Source: Podarcis erhardii (lineage: Eukaryota). Taken from it: a stretch of DNA of 64,000 nucleotides. Shown here in pieces: positions 56,634 through 64,000 of this stretch; the first letter of the stretch is position 1; the number at the start of each line of letters is the position of its first letter. The stretch is from NCBI GenBank assembly GCA_964252035.1, contig OZ176201.1. One strand, written 5' to 3'. Made by a program: the position numbers and the translations under genes. Below the pieces are notes generated by a model. It did not search any database. It was not told the origin of the DNA and was given only the letters and a program-made list of their open reading frames with translations.

Positions 56634-58911
56634 CTGTTCCATTCTTAAAATCTATGAAGATAAAGTGGTGATAGTATTAATGAGAGCAGATTAGGTTATT
56701 GTAGGAGGTACATTAAATGTATCAAGCCCAGCTGGTTGCATCATATTAAACTGCTAAGACAACTACTGTACAGTGTTTTTATGTATGTTGATCATTGAGG
56801 ATAAGATTTCTATAACACCTCACTTTTCTCTTCCAGTGTTAAAATAAAATGGTGCCACTTACAACTAGAATGGTGAAGTAATGGCAAACTATGGGAAAGC
56901 CCCAATATAATATGTTAAATAATAGTGGAAGCTTTCTTGAAGCAGCAAGCAAAATCTATAAATAGGAGGATGCAGAAACATTCTGCTTGTGTTTTCTTAG
57001 TCCACCTCTTATATGCAAGAAAAAGAAATTTTGGTGACAAGAAGACTGTGTCACAAAGAAGTTCAGAGCTTCAACGTGCCTTATGTCTTCTTAGTCTGTC
57101 TTTTTCAAGTTGCAAAATGCTGACTCAAAAGCTAGTTGGGTGACATTAAGTGCTGTGTGCAGCAAGCTACAGCACATTACTTTCTGCATTAATTAGAGAG
57201 GCTGTTGCATGTATTGCAACACAGCTGCCTGGTAATAATTTTGTAATATGAAGAAATTCTAGATTTTTATGCAAACCCGATGGTTTTCTAATGTATGGAA
57301 CATTGCTTTATCTGAATGTTGATAGAGTATAGTCTGTATAGTCTGGGGCAAAACCAAATTGAACAGTTTTGATGCAGCCTAGTGTCCATTTTTATATTAT
57401 CTAAATCGGGAGCACCGTATAAGTACCCCTCCCATGACTCACTCCTTGATGTGGTTGGTTGATATAGACTCAGCTTCAAGACTTGGTTATATGTAACTGC
57501 ACCTCTGTTTTTATACTGAATCTGCTCCATGTATGCTTTCATTATTGCTTGTATGGTTAGGCGTTAATTTGCCCATATGTTTTTGATAAATCAATACAAA
57601 TTTTCAAAAGGAAAAAAAAACCCTGTTTAGATAGAGTATGAGGAGGGAAGTAAAGGAATGATTTAAACTCTCCCTTCATTTATTTCTATGATGGGCCCAT
57701 TATTTTTTCTGTAGATTTGCTGATTTTTCTGAAGTGCCTATTATGCTTGGAACACTTTCTGTGTCAAAACACTTTTGTGGTTTGAGGACTTCTCTTGAGG
57801 TTGCAGTCACATGTGTCCATTTGCAGTAAAACGGCAACCACTGACTTGTTGAACATCCTTTGACGGAGCTTTCAGAAAGCCACAGCCACTAGTGTGCAAG
57901 ATCAAAGGCAAATGAGTGACTTATTCAGTATTTTGGACAACTAATAAACAGCTCACTGAAACTATGCTTAAAAAAAACCTTACTCAAGGAAGTTATTCTA
58001 AAGTAAGCTGCCTCCTTCAAATAAGACATAATGCTAACTAATCACTATTTGAGCTTGTTTTTAGAGAGATGAGTAGAGCCAAGTGACCCCTTGGCTTGAA
58101 GAGGCTGTAAACCTCCCAGTGGCTTACTTAAGGTGGTAATGCCTAATAAGAAGCCAAGTTTTTAAAGTTCAAAACATAACCCGACTGGTTACCAGCTTTG
58201 TACATTCTCAGGAGATAGGGGAGTATCAAAATCTTTATATTGGTGCTTTCTCCCCCTTCGTTGATGATACTTGAAAGATCTGTATGGAACTCGAGCCCTC
58301 TTAAGGGATATTTTATACAAGTTAAGTAAACATGCAAGGGATGGGGCATGGAAGCAGGCATACTAATTCCACCACCACCAAACCTCCACAAATTGGAAAA
58401 TCAGGGTTTTAACATGTGTCGGAGCCTCAGTGAGTGCAGATTTCCAGCTTCAGAAGACTGCCTCCAACCCAGAAGAACTGGTGGGGATGGGGACATGTGC
58501 TTGTCCCCATGGCTGCCTCTTGTATGTTTACTTAACATTTATAGAGAACACCTGAAGAAGCTTTTGTGTCCTCTGTCATTGTTGTCCATTTTCATCCGTT
58601 TCAGTAGTAGGTGGGTTCTCTTGGAAAGCAAAGAGAAAGTGGGGCACTTGTGTAAAAATGCATGTAGGAGGTGCTTGTGTGGTATGGGATAAGATGAGTG
58701 CTGGACTTTCAGCAGAACAAGCTTCTGCAAAGTATGAGTAGAGAAAACAAGAAAATGACTTTGGCAATAACAGAACTGTAAATAAGTTAAGTGTAGAAGG
58801 TGGGGTGGACTGGGAAGGGAGGGGAGCCTAGAACACGTGTTTGATGGGGTTAACTTTCAAAAGATTTAGGAGAATGAAGAAGTGTCTGATTGGGAAGTTG
58901 ATACTTTTGAT

Positions 58912-59053
58912 CAGGCCTAGGCAAACTCAGCCCTCCAGATGTTTAGGGACTAAAACTCCCATCATCCCTGACCACTGGTCCTGTTAGCTAGCGATGATGG
59001 GAGTTGTAGTCCTAAAACATCTGGAGGGCTGAGTTTGCGTTTGCCTGTGCCTG
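58912..59053. mobile_element. 142-bp palindromic hAT MITE (same family as 4307-4442)
   Basis: Near-identical to the 4307 copy plus a 6-bp GTTTGC duplication in the right arm. Perfect TSD CTTTTGAT at 58904-58911 and 59054-59061. Confidence 0.95.
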
Positions 59054-60420
59054 CTTTTGATTCTAGGTGTTGGAAAGTAGAGGTGTAACATTTCTGGAAT
59101 TTTTGAAGCCATTTAGCGTGCCTTCTAGGGGGAAAGAGAAATATATGCAATATGTTCTTCTCATACCTAAACTTAGATTGCCACCTTGAGATCGTGATAT
59201 GTATTGTGTGTAATTTAGCAAATAATACTACATTGTTTGCTATGAATGTCTTTAAAGTTTTATTCAAACAACAATTATATACTGTGGTCAGTGCTTAAGA
59301 GTGACCTGCAAGTTGCTGGACTTAAAAGTGAAAAAATGCATTTTGGATTTTGCTAGTTGGCAAAATAATAATAAAATAAAAATTGACAATGGGAATGCTT
59401 GACACTGTAGTAAACAAAAGGGAGGCTTTATTATCTGGACTTAGTGCTGGTGGCTTGTATCCAGAGAACTGTGCGATTAGCTTTGCATACCAAGGAAGCT
59501 TTGGAATTGTTTTTCTCAAATAGCAGTTCCCCTTTCTCATTTATGGCAAACCTCTTTTGAACCAGAAGAATTTTATAAGCCGTCTGTGCTATGGAGTGCA
59601 CTTTCCAACTTTAAAGGAAAAAGGCCTAAGATCCTCCACCCTTGAGGTTTTAGAAGGCTGGTCTGAGGCAAAGTGCTCGTTCAGCCCTTTCAATGAATAC
59701 TGTGTCTTCTAGGTGGGGCATCACTTTTAACTCTTAAGGTAGCATCTATGAAATGGCAGTTGGCCTTTATAATGCATTTGCTACCTGACAGTAGCATACC
59801 CCTCAGTATTTTGGACAACTTCTTAACGAATGTTGCTATTGAATTGTCATTTGGCTCCAATCTACTTTGCGGGAGTTCAGTTAAATGTGCCTTACCTAGA
59901 GACCTCTGCATGAGAGGACATTGGAGGTGCTCTCCTTCACTTCAGTGAAACCAACAAATGTAAGCCTCATTTTTGAAAAATGACACATCAAAAGAATGAA
60001 TAGACCCAAAATAGCAGCAAGAATCCGCCAAGGTCATTGAGCAATAACCACGGTACAATAGCTTGTGAAGAAAGAAACTGCTTCTATGATGAAACCTACT
60101 TTTCCCTTCTGGTGTCTGAAGAATTTCAAAGTCTGTGCCAGAGGATGCCACTGTCACAAAGAAGAGAATTGACTGTGTAACAAACTTCATTTTGAAGTCA
60201 TTAGAAATGACATAGTTAATAGATCCTTTTTTCTTAGTGTCTCTTTTTCAAAATTTATTTCTTTTATGTTTTCATGCTGGTCTGATTTACCTTTTTGGAT
60301 AGTATGAAAACTAACTGAAATAAATGCACTGATTATGTTTCTGGTTCTGGTTTCCTTATTTGGCTTGATGTCCATGTGGTGGTTGCAAGCTCCAGACTTA
60401 TAAAACAACTTACAAAAAAA

Positions 60421-60611
60421 CATAGGAGGCCAACTTGTACTGAGTCAGACAACTGATCCACCTAGCTCAGTATTGCCTAGACTAAGTGGCAGAAGCTTTC
60501 TATGATTTCAGGCATAGGGCATTCACAGCTGTACCTGGAGATGCTGAGGATAAAGCCTGAGACCTTTTGCATGCAAGGCAGATACTTTACCAGTTAGCCA
60601 TTTCACTTCCC
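60421..60611 (-). mobile_element. Squam3-like SINE
   Basis: 'cataggagg...actgagtcagac...ctagctcagtattgcctagact...gagaccttttgcatgcaaggcaga' is the reverse complement of the 54235 family. Confidence 0.7.
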
Positions 60612-63600
60612 AAAGGTCTGCTGAAAAGTTCCAAAAAAAGGGGCAAGGGAGTTCTAAGTTGAAACTGAGTGAATTAGACAAAGTCATCTCAATGAGAAAT
60701 ACAATTTACAGAGAGCTCACAAAGCTCCCTTTATCTGAAGCTAAGTCTTTCTTCCCCAGTGCTGGGTATAGGCAGAAACAGGACTCTTGAGGGCCTTCCT
60801 TCACATGAAGCTATTAGAGCAATGATTGTGCAGTTCTTATCTATTTGTTGCTCAGTAGCTGCAATACTTTCTTCGTGGAAAGACTTCTGTTTCAGAAGTT
60901 GTTTCCTTTTCTCGGAACGTACTCTCAATGTGATATATCATCCTTCATCAATCACACCACAGAACTGCAATTGCAATGGCCAAACGTTGCTATTGCAATG
61001 GCTGTTGCTAGTGACATCATGAGTGACAAAGCAATAAAGGCCTACTTACATGCCAATGCCATTTTGTGGGCATTTATTTTTACAGTTTCTTATGGCTGCC
61101 GGCTGCACTGCTGTGCAACATCAGTGCTTCATTGCTTATACAGCAGTATTTGAAGCTGTTTGGTGGTTCTGTCTTTCCACAGAGTCATTTGAGGAACTAT
61201 TAAAGTTTCTATCCCACCTAACCTGGTATTTAGTTAGCATTCAGCTGGACAGGGCAAGTTTTAGCTGCTGTACTCACACACTTCTATCTGTGATCACACA
61301 TTTCTATCTTTCTGTGATCACACACTTCTATCTTTGGGGTCTGCCCTCCTGGGAGCGTTTGTAGAGCTGTTCTAATTAAGCTGATAACTTGTAGATAAAG
61401 ACACAATCTCTCTCATTTTCTTACAATGGAATTATCAGTGTCACTTCATTTTACAGCAAACCAAGTTCAAACTTGGAAACTCAAGAATTTTTATTTCTGA
61501 ATTGTAAACTTACCTCCCCACCCTCCTTTAAGCCAAGTGTTGGATGACTATTGACATTCAAAGCTTTAAATAATTTTCACTTCCTGCTACAAAGTTGTCT
61601 GGGTTTTTTTTAATTAAATAGGTATTAAGTAAAATAAAAAATATTAAATAAGCATTAGTTTATTGCACAATCATAGTATAAGCTGATTACTTGTAAAGCT
61701 GTATATTGAACATTCCATCTGAAGTTTAGTTTTGCATATAGTGAGGCTTGTTATTTAAATAAGCAAAGGATGAAGTGATTCTGGAGAGACTTGTTTGGAA
61801 TATGTTCTGGGATGTTAAGACATACAGGTACATTCAAAACAGACCCATGATGAGTGCTCTACCTGGAGCTGTGACAGTGTTGCGTGAGCACAGGGCCAGT
61901 AGTGGCAACTGCACCAGAGTGAGCAAAAGTTCTGAAGCAGAGAACTTGTGAGATAAGAGCCTCCCATCCCCTTAGCATACTGTGGTTGTCCTTTGGATTT
62001 GCTGCCACTCACCTTGTGACTCCACCTTGGTTCTCACCTGCCACATTATGCCCAGGAATTAGTGTATGTTTGGTTGTGTACAGTGGTGACAGCGGGAACT
62101 GAAGTAGGAACAGGGAGAACTGACCTGACGAGGGGATGAGAGCACCAACCTCTTTCATGGCCTTGACCTGCTTTGTGAGGAAAAGACAAAGTGTTTTTAA
62201 AGTGCTTTTTAAAGAGTTCACGTTACTATACACCCTTGCATCATTTTGTCTCTTTTAGCACTATACAATACACCACATGATGCAGTATTTCAGAAAGTGG
62301 GAGTTTACAGGAACACTGCCTAAGGTGTTGGGACTTAGTGCTGAAGTACTGGATTATCCTGCAAAAACCCACCAAAGAAACAATATATGCAACAAAGCCC
62401 ACTGGCAGCTCTGTCCATCTGTTTATTATGGCAACACTATTGCTGGACAGTCATGTTGACTATTTACCATATCTAGTGCCATAGTATATCCTCTTCCATC
62501 ACTGCCCTGCAGTGGTCTTTTGGGTTGTGGTGGGGTGGGGATGAGCAAAGAAAACTGTAAATGAAACATTAATTAATATATATTTCAGTTCTTCTAGATG
62601 CCCTATTTCTGGCCAGTGTTTCAATATTCACAGCTCCTAAGTCAGAAATAACATTTTAAAGAGTTTGAGGGTGTTTCTTCTGCTAGGCAGTGGACAAATG
62701 ACCCGCCCCCTTTTGTTAAGCAGCCCTTAAACATGTTGCTCACTGCATCACTGTAATGTGCAGTTAACCTTTGTTTCACCTTAAGCTCAGTTTCCAACCG
62801 TGTTTATATATACCTCAGCTCTTCAAAACCTAGCTCATCTTTATTGGAATAGGACAGCCTTCCCCAATGTGGTACCCTCCAGATATTTTTGAGTACAAAC
62901 CACATTATCACAGGTCACTGGTTGGAGCTGATGGGAATTGGAATCCAAACTGGAGTTGTTTCCTTCGGAAGGAGGTACTCTCTTAATTTGAGAGATATAA
63001 GAAAAGGGTTGACCAATTTGCAGCTAAAGTCTAATGAATTTCACAAGTACTGATTACATTGAGTTATTGTATCGTGATGGGAAACCATATTAAAAAAAGA
63101 GCATGCACCTGTCTAATTCAAAGACAAAGAACTAAAATTTCTAGATACCTTAAATGACAGTGCTGTAGAATAGTTGGTTATGGCAGCAACTATAGACCTG
63201 TTATTGAGTGGCTCCCAGGACCTGGCACAAGAGGTAAAATTAAATTTAAAATACCCTACATGTTTTTATTTATAATTTTAATGATAAGTACATTTATAAT
63301 CTGCCCTATCCTGTTGGTTTAGTGTTCCATATATACACATTTAATCTGGTTGTTAAATGTCAGCACAAAGAGGAGAATTCTACAATTGTTTTGCAAGTAT
63401 TTTATTTTGCTATTCAACAACATTTCTTGGCTCATTTTTTTTAAAAGAAAAGTGACTTTTCTTTATTTTTATTTCCTGACAATCGGCCATCTTAGAAATA
63501 AACCATTCCATAATGTCTGTCTGATATTGTGAAAGACTATGTAAGTTTGTATTGTGCATATGCATGTAAGATTTAATATTTTTGGTAATCTGAACAGTGT

Positions 63601-64000
63601 GTTTACAGCCACCCTGAATAAAGTTACTGATTTTATAAGTAAAGTTCCCTAATCAGACTGCTACCCAGAGAAATTACAAACAGGTTGTTACTGAAAGGTT
63701 GTAACTGTGGCTGGATTTATTGTTTTTTCTTTTATAAATAATTTGGGTTCTGTTTTGTAGTATACCTCAAACTTCAGGTATTTTACAATCTAGCCCTTCC
63801 AACCACTTTGTCATTGCTATTTCTTACATTAACTTCATGTGAGCTAATCTCACTCACATTAGCTGCACATGAGCCACTTTCTCACATTAGTGTCCCATGC
63901 ATGAACTGATCTTTCTCTTCTGATGCTGTAAATGTAAGAAGGGTTTTGGACAATTTGTCATGAATGAATTTGAGGGATCGGAACTTTATTTGCTGTTCTT

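Noticed and set aside
12530-61335. Short tandem micro-duplications (12530-12575, 49792-49821, 61282-61335) and poly-G runs (18288, 47520)
   Set aside because: Ordinary replication-slippage products with no further structure.
49070-64000. CPEB4 exon encoding GRLNYSYPGSDSSLLIN, the 24-nt neuronal microexon (ARTYGRRR) and RRM exons
   Set aside because: No matching sequence with splice sites found by eye; they are probably downstream of the window.
33932-64000. HDV-like ribozyme as in the mammalian CPEB3 intron
   Set aside because: No sequence resembling it was seen, and it is known from the paralogue CPEB3, not CPEB4. An Infernal search would be needed to exclude distant variants.

Overview
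Vertebrate genomic DNA, most likely a squamate and probably a lacertid lizard, judged from Sauria/Squam-type SINEs. The only host gene I can support is CPEB4 on the + strand. It has a CpG-island promoter (~28.7-31.8 kb), a probable non-coding first exon or 5'UTR intron with uORFs, a 1125-nt first coding exon (32807-33931) and an 82-nt second coding exon (48988-49069). I could not find the later exons, including the neuronal microexon and RRM exons, so they probably lie beyond the window. The first ~28 kb is repeat-rich intergenic DNA (hAT and Tc1/mariner MITEs, L2, CR1, SINEs, LTR-like pieces). It includes a young Penelope-like insertion with a 13-bp TSD, an intact GIY-YIG frame and a minimal hammerhead ribozyme motif. 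The most unusual structure is in the CPEB4 intron: a TSD-flanked composite hAT-like element with three termini and ~1.2 kb of CpG-island/promoter-like cargo, partly copied by a recent 841-bp tandem duplication with a templated junction insertion. Family names and human comparisons come from recall, not database searches.
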